From positions 206,708,001 through 206,772,000 of the forward strand of contig OZ024743.1 of the NCBI GenBank assembly GCA_964016885.1: a stretch of 64,000 nucleotides of DNA, in the 5' to 3' direction. Source of the DNA: Eledone cirrhosa (lineage: Eukaryota). How positions within the stretch are numbered: the stretch's first letter is position 1; every line of letters begins with the position of its first letter. Below the pieces are notes generated by a model, which was given only the letters and a program-made list of their open reading frames with translations, ran no database searches and was not told the DNA's origin. Below, piece after piece: positions 1-12,600 of this stretch. The position numbers and the translations under genes were made by a program.

Positions 1-3000
1 AGTGGTTTTACAGTAGTTGTGGTTGTGGTGTTGATACAGTGGTCTTACAGTAGTTGTCACTGTGGTGTTGATACGGTGGTCTTACAGTAGTTGTGACTGT
101 GGTGTTGAAACAGTGGTCTTACAGTAGTTATGACTGTGGTGTTGATACAGTGTTCTTACAGTTATTGTGACTATGGTGTTGATACAGTGGTCTTACATTA
201 GTTATGTCTATGGTGATGATACAGTGGTCTTACGGTAGTTATGATTATGGTGTTGATACAGTGGTCTTACAGTCGTTGTGACTATGGTGTTTATACAGTG
301 GTCTTACTGTAGTTGTGACTGTGGTGTTGATTCAGTGGTCTTACAGTAGTTGTGACTATGGTGTTGATACAGTGGTACTACAGTAGTTGTGACTATGGTG
401 TTGATACAGTGGTACTACAGTAGTTGTGACTATGGTGTTTATACAGTGGTCTTATGACTATGGTGTTGATACAGTGGTCTTACGGTAGTTATGACTATGG
501 TGTTGATACAGTGATCTTACAGTAGTTGTGACCGTGGTATTGATAAAGTGGTCTTACCGTAGTTGTGACTATGGTGTTGATACAGTGGTACTACAGTAGT
601 TGTGACTCTGGTGTTGATACAGTGGTACTACAGTAGTTGTGACTATGGTGTTTATACAGTTGTCTTATGACTATGGTGTTGATACAGTGGTCTTACAGTA
701 GTTATGACTATGGTGTTGATACAGTGGTCTTACAGTAGTTGTGAATATGCTGTTGATACAGTGGTCTTACAGTAGTTGTGACTATGGTATTGATACAGTG
801 GTCTTACAGTAGTTGTGAATATGCTGTTGATACAGTGGTCTTACAGTAGTTGTGACTATGGTGTTGATAAAGTGGTCTTACTGTAGTTGTGGTTGTGGTG
901 TTGATACAGTGGTCTTACAGTAGTTGTGACTGTGGTGTTGATACGGTGGTCTTACAGTAGTTGTGACTGTGGTGTTGATACAGTGGTCTTACAGTAGTTA
1001 TGACTGTGGTGTTGATACAGTGTTCTTACAGTTATTGTGACTATGGTGTTGATACAGTGGTCTTACATTAGTTATGACTATGGTGATGATACAGTGGTCT
1101 TACGGTAGTTATGATTATGGTGTTGATACAGTGGTCTTACTGTAGTTGTGACTATGGTGTTTATACAGTGGTCTTACTGTAGTTGTGACTGTGGTGTTGA
1201 TACAGTGGTCTTACAGTAGTTGTGACGATGGTATTGATACAGTGGTCTTTTGACTATGGTATTGATACAGTGGTCTTACGGTCGTTATGACTATGGTGTT
1301 GATACAGTGATCTTACAGTAGTTGTGACCGTGGTGTTGATACAGTGGTCTTACAGTAGTTGTGACTATGGTGTTGATACAGTGGTACTACAGTAGTTGTG
1401 ACTATGGTGTTGATACAGTGGACTTATGACTTGGGTGTTGATACAGTGGTCTTACGGTAGTTATGACTATGGTGTTGATACAGTGGTCTTAAAGTAGTTG
1501 TGACTATGGTCTTGATACAGTGGTATTACAGTAGTTGTGACTATGGTGTTTATACAGTGGTCTTACTGTAGTTGTGACTGTGGTGTTGATACAGTGGTCT
1601 TAGAGTAGTTGTGACTGCATTGTTGATACAGTGGTCTTACAGTAGTTGTGACTATGGATTTTATACAGTGGTCTTACAGTAGTTATGACTATGGTGTTTA
1701 TACAGTGGTCTTACAGTAGTTGTGACTATGGTGTTGATACAGTAGGCTTACAGTAGTTGTGCTTTTGTGCTGATACAGTGGTGTTACAGACGTTGTGACT
1801 GTGGTGTTGATACAGTGGTCTTACAGTAGTTGTGACTACGGTGTTGAATCAATGGTCTTACAGTAGTTGTGGCTGTGGTGTTGATACAGTGGTCTTACAG
1901 TAGTTGTAGCTGTGGTGTTGTTACAGTGATCTTACAGTAGTTGTGACTGTGATTTTGATACAGTGGTCTTACAGTAGTTGTGACTACGGTGTTGAATCAA
2001 TGGTCTTACAGTAGTTGTGGCTGTGGTGTTGATACAGTGGTCTTACAGTAGTTGTAGCTGTGGTGTTGATACAATGTTCTTACAGTAGTTGTGACTATGG
2101 TGTGGATACAGTTGTCTTACAGTAATTGTGACTATGGTGTTGATACAGTGGACTTATGACTATGGTGTTGATACAGTGGTCTTACAGTAGTTGTGACTAT
2201 GGTGTTGATACAGTGGTCTTACAGTAGTTGTGACTATGGTGTTGATAAAGTGGTCTTACTGTAGTTATGACTGTGGTGTTCATAGAGTGGTCTTACAGTA
2301 GTTATGACTATGGTGTTGATACAGTTGTCTTACAGTAGTTGTCACTATGGTGTTGATACAGTGGTCTTATGGCTATGGTGTTTATAAGGTGGTCTTACGG
2401 TAGTTATGACTATGGTGTTGATACAGTGGTCTTACAGTAGTTGTGAATATGGTGTTGATACAGTGGTCTTACAGTAGTTGTGACTATGGTGTTGATAAAG
2501 TGGTCTTACAGTAGTTGTGACTGTGGTGCTGATACAGCGGTCTTACAGTAGTTGTGACTATGGTGTTGATACAGTGGTTTTACAGTAGTTGTGGTTGTGG
2601 TGTTGATACAGTGGTCTTACAGTAGTTGTCACTGTGGTGTTGATACGGTGGTCTTACAGTAGTTGTGACTGTGGTGTTGAAACAGTGGTCTTACAGTAGT
2701 TATGACTGTGGTGTTGATACAGTGTTCTTACAGTTATTGTGACTATGGTGTTGATACAGTGGTCTTACATTAGTTATGACTATGGTGATGATACAGTGGT
2801 CTTACGGTAGTTATGATTATGGTGTTGATACAGTGGTCTTACAGTCGTTGTGACTATGGTGTTTATACAGTGGTCTTACTGTAGTTGTGACTGTGGTGTT
2901 GATACAGTGGTCTTACAGTAGTTGTGACTATGGTGTTGATACAGTGGTACTACAGTAGTTGTGACTATGGTGTTGATACAGTGGTACTAGAGTAGTTGTG

Positions 3001-6000
3001 ACTATGGTGTTTATACAGTGGTCTTATGACTATGGTGTTGATACAGTGGTCTTACAGTAGTTGTGAATATGCTGTTGATACAGTGGTCTTACAGTAGTTG
3101 TGACTATGGTGTTGATAAATTGGTCTTACTGTAGTTGTGGTTGTGGTGTTGATACAGTGGTCTTACAGTAGTTGTGACTATGGTGTTGATACAGTGGTCT
3201 TTTGACTATGGTGTTGATACAGTGGTCTTACGGTAGTTATGACTATGGTGTTGATACAGTGATCTTACAGTAGTTGTGACCGTGGTATTGATAAAGTGGT
3301 CTTACAGTAGTTGTGACTATGGTGTTGATACAGTGGTACTACAGTAGTTGTGACTCTGGTGTTGATACAGTGGTACTACAGTAGTTGTGACTATGGTGTT
3401 TATACAGTTGTCTTATGACTATGGTGTTGCTACAGTGGTCTTACAGTAGTTATGACTATGGTGTTGATACAGTGGTCTTACAGTAGTTGTGAATATGCTG
3501 TTGATACAGTGGTCTTACAGTAGTTGTGACTATGGTATTGATACAGTGGTCTTACAGTAGTTGTGAATATGCTGTTGATACAGTGGTCTTACAGTAGTTG
3601 TGACTATGGTGTTGATAAAGTGGTCTTACTGTAGTTGTGGTTGTGGTGTTGATACAGTGGTCTTACAGTAGTTGTGACTGTGGTGTTGATACGGTGGTCT
3701 TACAGTAGTTGTGACTGTGGTGTTGATACAGTGGTCTTACAGTAGTTATGACTGTGGTGTTGATACAGTGTTCTTACAGTTATTGTGACTATGGTGTTGA
3801 TATAGTGGTCTTACATTAGTTATGACTATGGTGATGATACAGTGGTCTTACGGTAGTTATGATTATGGTGTTGATACAGTGGTCTTACTGTAGATGTGAC
3901 TATGGTGTTTATACAGTGGTCTTACTGTAGTTGTGACTGTGGTGTTGATACAGTGGTCTTACAGTAGTTGTGACGATGGTATTGATACAGTGGACTTTTG
4001 ACTATGGTATTGATACAGTGGTCTTACGGTCGTTATGACTATGGTGTTGATACAGTGATCTTACAGTAGTTGTGACCGTGGTGTTGATACAGTGGTCTTA
4101 CAGTAATTGTGACTATGGTGTTGATACAGTGGTACTACAGTAGTTGTGACTATGGTGTTGATACAGTGGTACTATAGTAGTTGTGACAATGGTGTTGATA
4201 CAGTGGTCTTACAGTAGTTGTGTCTATGTTGTTGATACAGTGGTCTTCTGACTATGGTGTTGATACAGTGGTCTTACGGTAGTTATGACTATGGTGTTGA
4301 TACAGTGGTCTTACAGTAGTTATGACTATGGTGTTGATACAGTGGTCTTACAGTAGTTGTGACTATGGTGTTGATACAGTGGTCTTATGACTTTGGTGTT
4401 GATACAGTGGTCTTACGGTAGTTATGACTATGGTGTTGATACAGTGGTCTTAAAGTAGTTGTGACTATGGTCTTGATACAGTGGTATTACAGTAGTTGTG
4501 ACTATGGTGTTTATACAGTGGTCTTACTGTAGTTGTGACTGTGGTGTTGATACAGTGGCCTTAGAGTAGTTGTGACTGCATTGTTGATACAGTGGTCTTA
4601 CAGTAGTTGTGACTATGGATTTTATACAGTGGTCTTACAGTAGTTATGACTATGGTGTTTATACAGTGGTCTTACAGTAGTTGTGAGTATGGTGTTGATA
4701 CAGTGGTATTACAGACGTTCTGACTATGGTGTTGATGCAGTGGTCTTACAGTAGTTGTGACTATGGTGTTGATACAGTAGGCTTACAGTAGTTGTGCTTT
4801 TGTGCTGATACAGTGGTCTTACAGACGTTGTGACTGTGGTGTTGATACAGTGGTCTTACAGTAGTTGTGACTACGGTGTTGAATCAATGGTCTTACAGTA
4901 GTTGTGGCTGTGGTGTTGATACAGTGGTCTTACAGTAGTTGTAGCTGTGGTGTTGTTACAGTGATCTTACAGTAGTTGTGACTGTGATGTTGATACAGTG
5001 GTCTTACAGTAGTTGTGACTACGGTGTTGAATCAATGGTCTTACAGTAGTTGTGGCTGTGGTGTCGATACAGTGGTCTTACAGTAGTTGTAGCTGTGGTG
5101 TTGATACAGTGTTCTTACAGTAGTTGTGACTATGGTGTAGATACAGTTGTCTTACAGTAATTGTGACTATGGTGTTGATACAGTGGACTTATGACTATGG
5201 TGTTGATACAGTGGTCTTACAGTAGTTGTGACTATGGTGTTGATACAGTGGTCTTACAGTAGTTGTGACTATGGTGTTGATAAAGTGGTCTTACTGTAGT
5301 TGTGACTGTGGTGTTCATAGAGTGGTCTTACAGTAGTTATGACTATGGTGTTGATACAGTTGTCTTACAGTAGTTGTCACTATGGTGTTGATAGAGTGGT
5401 CTTATGGCTATGGTGTTTATAAGGTGGTCTTACGGTAGTTATGACTATGGTGTTGATACAGTGGTCTTACAGTAGTTGTGAATATGGTGTTGATACAGTG
5501 GTCTTACAGTAGTTGTGACTATGGTGTTGATAAAGTGGTCTTACAGTAGTTGTGACTGTGGTTCTGATACAGCGGTCTTACAGTAGTTGTGACTATGGTG
5601 TTGATACAGTGGTTTTACAGTAGTTGTGGTTGTGGTGTTGATACAGTGGTCTTACAGTAGTTGTCACTGTGGTGTTGATACGGTGGTCTTACAGTAGTTG
5701 TGACTGTGGTGTTGAAACAGTGGTCTTACAGTAGTTATGACTGTGGTGTTGATACAGTGTTCTTACAGTTATTGTGACTATGGTGTTGATACAGTGGTCT
5801 TACATTAGTTATGACTATGGTGATGATACAGTGGTCTTACGGTAGTTATGATTATGGTGTTGATACAGTGGTCTTACAGTCGTTGTGACTATGGTGTTTA
5901 TACAGTGGTCTTACTGTAGTTGTGACTGTGGTGTTGATACAGTGGTCTTACAGTAGTTGTGACTATGGTGTTGATACAGTGGTACTACAGTAGTTGTGAC

Positions 6001-8253
6001 TATGGTTTTGATACAGTGGTACTACAGTAGTTGTGACTATGGTGTTTATACAGTGGTCTTATGACTATGGTGTTGATACAGTGGTCTTACAGTAGTTATG
6101 ACTATGGTGTTGATACAGTGGTCTTACAGTAGTTGTGAATATGCTGTTGATACAGTGGTCTTACAGTAGTTGTGACTATGGTGTTGATAAAGTGGTCTTA
6201 CTGTAGTTGTGGTTGTGGTGTTGATACAGTGGTCTTACAGTAGTTGTGACTATGGTGTTGATACAGTGGTCTTTTGACTATGGTGTTGATACAGTGGTCT
6301 TACGGTAGTTATGACTATGGTGTTGATACAGTGATCTTACAGTAGTTGTGACCGTGGTATTGATAAAGTGGTCTTACAGTAGTTGTGACTATGGTGTTGA
6401 TACAGTGGTACTACAGTAGTTGTGACTCTGGTGTTGATACAGTGGTACTACAGTAGTTGTGACTATGGTGTTTATACAGTTGTCTTATGACTATGGTGTT
6501 GATACAGTGGTCTTACAGTAGTTATGACTATGGTGTTGATACAGTGGTCTTACAGTAGTTGTGAATATGCTGTTGATACAGTGGTCTTACAGTAGTTGTG
6601 ACTATGGTATTGATACAGTGGTCTTACAGTAGTTGTGAATATGCTGTTGATACAGTGGTCTTACAGTAGTTGTGACTATGGTGTTGATAAAGTGGTCTTA
6701 CTGTAGTTGTGGTTGTGGTGTTGATACAGTGGTCTTACAGTAGTTGTGACTGTGGTGTTGATACGGTGGTCTTACAGTAGTTGTGACTGTGGTGTTGATA
6801 CAGTGGTCTTACAGTAGTTATGACTGTGGTGTTGATACAGTGTTCTTAGAGTTATTGTGACTATGGTGTTGATACAGTGGTCTTAAATTAGTTATGACTA
6901 TGGTGATGATACAGTGGTCTTACGGTAGTTATGATTATGGTGTTGATACAGTGGTCTTACTGTAGTTGTGACTATGGTGTTTATACAGTGGTCTTACTGT
7001 AGTTGTGACTGTGGTGTTGATACAGTGGTCTTACAGTAGTTGTGACGATGGTATTGATACAGTGGTCTTTTGACTATGGTATTGATACAGTGGTCTTACG
7101 GTCGTTATGACTATGGTGTTGATACAGTGATCTTACAGTAGTTGTGACCGTGGTGTTGATACAGTGGTCTTACAGTAGTTGTGACTATGGTGTTGATACA
7201 GTGGTACTACAGTAGTTGTGACTATGGTGTTGATACAGTGGTACTATAGTAGTTGTGACAATGGTGTTGATACAGTGGTCTTACAGTAGTTGTGTCTATG
7301 TTGTTGATACAGTGGTCTTCTGACTATGGTGTTGATACAGTGGTCTTACGGTAGTTATGACTATGGTGTTGATACAGTGGTCTTACAGTAGTTATGACTA
7401 TGGTGTTGATACAGTGGTCTTACAGTAGTTGTGACTATGGTGTTGATACATTGGTCTTATGACTTTGGTGTTGATACAGTGGTCTTACGGTAGTTATGAC
7501 TATGGTGTTGATACAGTGGTCTTAAAGTAGTTGTGACTATGGTCTTGATACAGTGGTATTACAGTAGTTGTGACTATGGTGTTTATACAGTGGTCTTACT
7601 GTAGTTGTGACTGTGGTGTTGATACAGTGGTCTTAGAGTAGTTGTGACTGCATTGTTGATACAGTGGTCTTACAGTAGTTGTGACTATGGATTTTATACA
7701 GTGGTCTTACAGTAGTTATGACTATGGTGTTTATACAGTGGTCTTACAGTAGTTGTGACTATGGTGTTGATACAGTGGTATTACAGACGTTCTGACTATG
7801 GTGTTGATGCAGTGGTCTTACAGTAGTTGTGACTATGTTGTTGATACAGTAGGCTTACAGTAGTTGTGAATTTTGTGCTGATACAGTGGTCTTACAGACG
7901 TTGTGACTGTGGTGTTGATACAGTGGTCTTACAGTAGTTGTGACTACGGTGTTGAATCAATGGTCTTACAGTAGTTGTGGCTGTGGTGTTGATACAGTGG
8001 TCTTACAGTAGTTGTGACTGTGGTGTTGATACAGTGGTCTTACTGTAGTTGTGACTGTGGTGTTGATACAGTGGTCTTACAGTAGTTATGACTGTGGTGT
8101 TGATACAGTGTTCTTACAGTTATTGTGACTATTGTGTTGATACAGTGGTCTTAAAGTAGTTGTGACTATGGTGTTTATACAGTGGTCTTACATTAGTTAT
8201 GACTATGGTATTGATACAGTGGTCTTACGGTAGTTATGACTATGGTGTTCATA

Positions 8254-8290
8254 CAGTGGTCTTACAGTCATAACTACTGTAAGACCACTG
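8254..8290. repeat. Fold-back monomer: 15-bp inverted repeat with 7-nt loop (copy 1, haplotype A)
   Basis: CAGTGGTCTTACAGT-CATAACT-ACTGTAAGACCACTG; the arms are exact reverse complements. Confidence 0.95.
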
Positions 8291-9634
8291 ATACAGTGGA
8301 CTTACAGTAGTTGTGACTATGGTGTTGATGCAGTGGTCTTACATTAGTTATGACTATGGTGTTGATACAGTGGTCTTACAGTTATTGTGGTGTTGATACA
8401 GTGTTCTTACAGTTATTGTGACTATGGTGTTGATACAATAGTCTTACAGTAGTTGTAACTATGGTGTTGATACAATGGTCTTATTTTGTTGATACAGTGG
8501 TCTTACAGTAGTTGTGACTATGGTGTTGATACAGTGGTATTACAGTAGTTGTGACTAATGGTGTTGATACAGTGGTCTTATGACTATGGTGTTGATACAG
8601 AGGTCTTACCGTAGTTATGACTATGGTGTTGATACAGTGGTCTTATGACTATGGTGTTGATGTAGTGGTGTTACGTTAGTTATGACTATGGTGTTGATAC
8701 AGTGGTCTTACTGTAGTTGTGACTATGGTTTTGATACGGTGGTCTTAGAATAGTTATGACTATGCTGTTGATACAGTGGGATTACAGTAGTTGTGACTAT
8801 GGTGTAGATACAGAGGTCTTACAGTCGTTGTGACTATGGGGTTTATACAGTGGTCTTATGACTATGGTGTTGATACAGTGGTCTTACAGTAGTTGTGACT
8901 ATGGTGTTGATACAGTGGTACTACAGTAGTTGTGACTATGGTGGTGATACAGTGGTACTACAGTAGTTGTGACTATGGTGTTTATACAGTGGTCTTATGA
9001 CTATGGTGTTGATACAGTGGTCTTACAGTAGTTATGACTATGGTGTTGATACAGTGGTCTTATGTCTATGGTGTTGATACAGTGGTCTTACAGTAGTTGT
9101 GACTATGGTTTTGATACGGTGGTCGTAGAGTAGTTATGACTATGCTGTTGATACAGTGGGCTTACAGTAGTTGTGATTGTGGTGTTGATACAGTGGTCTT
9201 AGAGTAGTTGTGACTGTGTTGTTGATACAGTGGTCTTACAGTAGTTGTGACTATGGCTTTTATACAGTGGTCTTACAGTAGTTGTGACTATGGTGTTGCT
9301 ACAGTGGTGTTAGAGTAGTTATGACTGTGGTGTTGATACAGTGGTCTTACAGTAGTTGTGACAGTGGTGTTGATACAGTGGTCTTACAGTAGTTGTGACT
9401 GTGGTGTTGATACAGTGGTCTTACTGTAGTTATGACTGTGGTGTTGATACAGTGGTCTTACAGTAGTTATGACTGTGGTGTTGATACAGTGTTCTTACAG
9501 TTATTGTGACTATGGTGTTGATACAGTGGTCTTAAAGTAGTTGTGACTATGGTGTTTATACAGTGGTCTTACATTAGTTATGACTATGGTATTGATACAG
9601 TGGTCTTACGGTAATTATGACTATGGTGTTCATA

Positions 9635-9671
9635 CAGTTGTCTTACAGTCATAACTACTGTAAGACCACTG
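9635..9671. repeat. Fold-back monomer (copy 2, haplotype B; one mismatch in left arm)
   Basis: CAGTTGTCTTACAGT-CATAACT-ACTGTAAGACCACTG. Confidence 0.93.
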
Positions 9672-12600
9672 ATACAGTGGTCTTACAGTAGTTGTGACTA
9701 TGGTGTTGATACAGTGGTCTTACATTAGTTATGACTATGGTGTTGATACAGTGGTCTTACAGTTATTGTGGTGTTGATACAGTGTTCTTACAGTTATTGT
9801 GACTATGGTGTTGATACAATAGTCTTACGGTAGTTGTAACTATGGTGTTGATACAATGGTCTTAGGATTATTGTGTTGATACAGTGGTCTTACGGTAGTT
9901 ATGTCTATGGTGTTGATACAGTGTTCTTACAGTTATTGTGACTATGGTGTTGATACAGTGGTCTTACATTAGTTATGACTATGGTGATGATACAGTGGTC
10001 TTACAGTAGTTGTGAATATGCTGTTGATACAGTGGTCTTACAGTAGTTGTGACTATGGTGTTGATAAAGTGGTCTTACTGTAGTTGTGGTTGTGGTGTTG
10101 ATACAGTGGTCTTACAGTAGTTGTGACTGTGGTGTTGATACGGTGGTCTTACAGTAGTTGTGACTGTGGTGTTGATACAGTGGTCTTACAGTAGTTATGA
10201 CTGTGGTGTTGATACAGTGTTCTTACAGTTATTGTGACTATGGTGTTGATACAGTGGTCTTACATTAGTTATGACTATGGTGATGATACAGTGGTCTTAC
10301 GGTAGTTATGATTATGGTGTTGATACAGTGGTCTTACTGTAGATGTGACTATGGTGTTTATACAGTGGTCTTACTGTAGTTGTGACTGTGGTGTTGATAC
10401 AGTGGTCTTACAGTAGTTGTGACGATGGTATTGATACAGTGGTCTTTTGACTATGGTATTGATACAGTGGTCTTACGGTCGTTATGACTATGGTGTTGAT
10501 ACAGTGATCTTACAGTAGTTGTGACCGTGGTGTTGATACAGTGGTCTTACAGTAGTTGTGACTATGGTGTTGATACAGTGGTACTACAGTAGTTGTGACT
10601 ATGGTGTTGATACAGTGGTACTATAGTAGTTGTGACAATGGTGTTGATACAGTGGTCTTACAGTAGTTGTGTCTATGTTGTTGATACAGTGGTCTTCTGA
10701 CTAGGGTGTTGATACAGTGGTCTTACGGTAGTTATGACTATGGTGTTGATACAGTGGTCTTACAGTAGTTATGACTATGGTGTTGATACAGTGGTCTTAC
10801 AGTAGTTGTGACTATGGTGTTGATACAGTGGTCTTATGACTTTGGTGTTGATACAGTGGTCTTACGGTAGTTATGACTATGGTGTTGATACAGTGGTCTT
10901 AAAGTAGTTGTGACTATGGTCTTGATACAGTGGTATTACAGTAGTTGTGACTATGGTGTTTATACAGTGGTCTTACTGTAGTTGTGACTGTGGTGTTGAT
11001 ACAGTGGTCTTAGAGTAGTTGTGACTGCATTGTTGATACAGTGGTCTTACAGTAGTTGTGACTATGGATTTTATACAGTGGTCTTACAGTAGTTATGACT
11101 ATGGTGTTTACACAGTGGTCTTACAGTAGTTGTGACTATGGTGTTGATACAGTGGTATTACAGACGTTCTGACTATGGTGTTGATGCAGTGGTCTTACAG
11201 TAGTTGTGACTATGGTGTTGATACAGTAGGCTTACAGTAGTTGTGCTTTTGTGCTGATACAGTGGTCTTACAGACGTTGTGACTGTGGTGTTGATACAGT
11301 GGTCTTACAGTAGTTGTGACTACGGTGTTGAATCAATGGTCTTACAGTAGTTGTGGCTGTGGTTTTGATACAGTGGTCTTACAGTAGTTGTAGCTGTGGT
11401 GTTGTTACAGTGATCTTACAGTAGTTGTGACTGTGATGTTGATACAGTGGTCTTACAGTAGTTGTGACTACGGTGTTGAATCAATGGTCTTACAGTAGTT
11501 GTGGCTGTGGTGTTGATACAGTGGTCTTACAGTAGTTATAGCTGTGGTGTTGATACAGTGTTCTTACAGTAGTTGTGACTATGGTGTAGATACAGTTGTC
11601 TTACAGTAATTGTGACTATGGTGTTGATACAGTGGACTTATGACTATGGTGTTGATACAGTGGTCTTACAGTAGTTGTGACTATGGTGTTGATACAGTGG
11701 TCTTACAGTAGTTGTGACTATGGTGTTGATAAAGTGGTCTTACTGTAGTTGTGACTGTGGTGTTCATAGAGTGGTCTTACAGTAGTTATGACTATGGTGT
11801 TGATACAGTTGTCTTACAGTAGTTGTCACTATGGTGTTGATACAGTGGTCTTATGGCTATGGTGTTTATAAGGTGGTCTTACGGTAGTTATGACTATGGT
11901 GTTGATACAGTGGTCTTACAGTAGTTGTGAATATGGTGTTGATACAGTGGTCTTACAGTAGTTGTGACTATGGTGTTGATAAAGTGGTCTTACAGTAGTT
12001 GTGACTGTGGTGCTGATACAGCGGTCTTACAGTAGTTGTGACTATGGTGTTGATACAGTGGTTTTACAGTAGTTGTGGTTGTGGTGTTGATACAGTGGTC
12101 TTACAGTAGTTGTCACTGTGGTGTTGATACGGTGGTCTTACAGTAGTTGTGACTGTGGTGTTGAAACAGTGGTCTTACAGTAGTTATGACTGTGGTGTTG
12201 ATACAGTGTTCTTACAGTTATTGTGACTATGGTGTTGATACAGTGGTCTTACATTAGTTATGACTATGGTGATGATACAGTGGTCTTACGGTAGTTATGA
12301 TTATGGTGTTGATACAGTGGTCTTACAGTCGTTGTGACTATGGTGTTTATACAGTGGTCTTACTGTAGTTGTGACTGTGGTGTTGATACAGTGGTCTTAC
12401 AGTAGTTGTGACTATGGTGTTGATACAGTGGTACTACAGTAGTTGTGACTATGGTGTTGATACAGTGGTACTACAGTAGTTGTGACTATGGTGTTTATAC
12501 AGTGGTCTTATGACTATGGTGTTGATACAGTGGTCTTAAAGTAGTTATGACTATGGTGTTGATACAGTGGTCTTACAGTAGTTGTGAATATGCTGTTGAT

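Noticed and set aside
8254-8290. Hairpin as an intrinsic terminator, MITE or recombinase-inverted switch
   Set aside because: It has no U-tract, upstream gene or target-site duplication. It is composed entirely of satellite sequence and has the same orientation and junctions in all seven copies.
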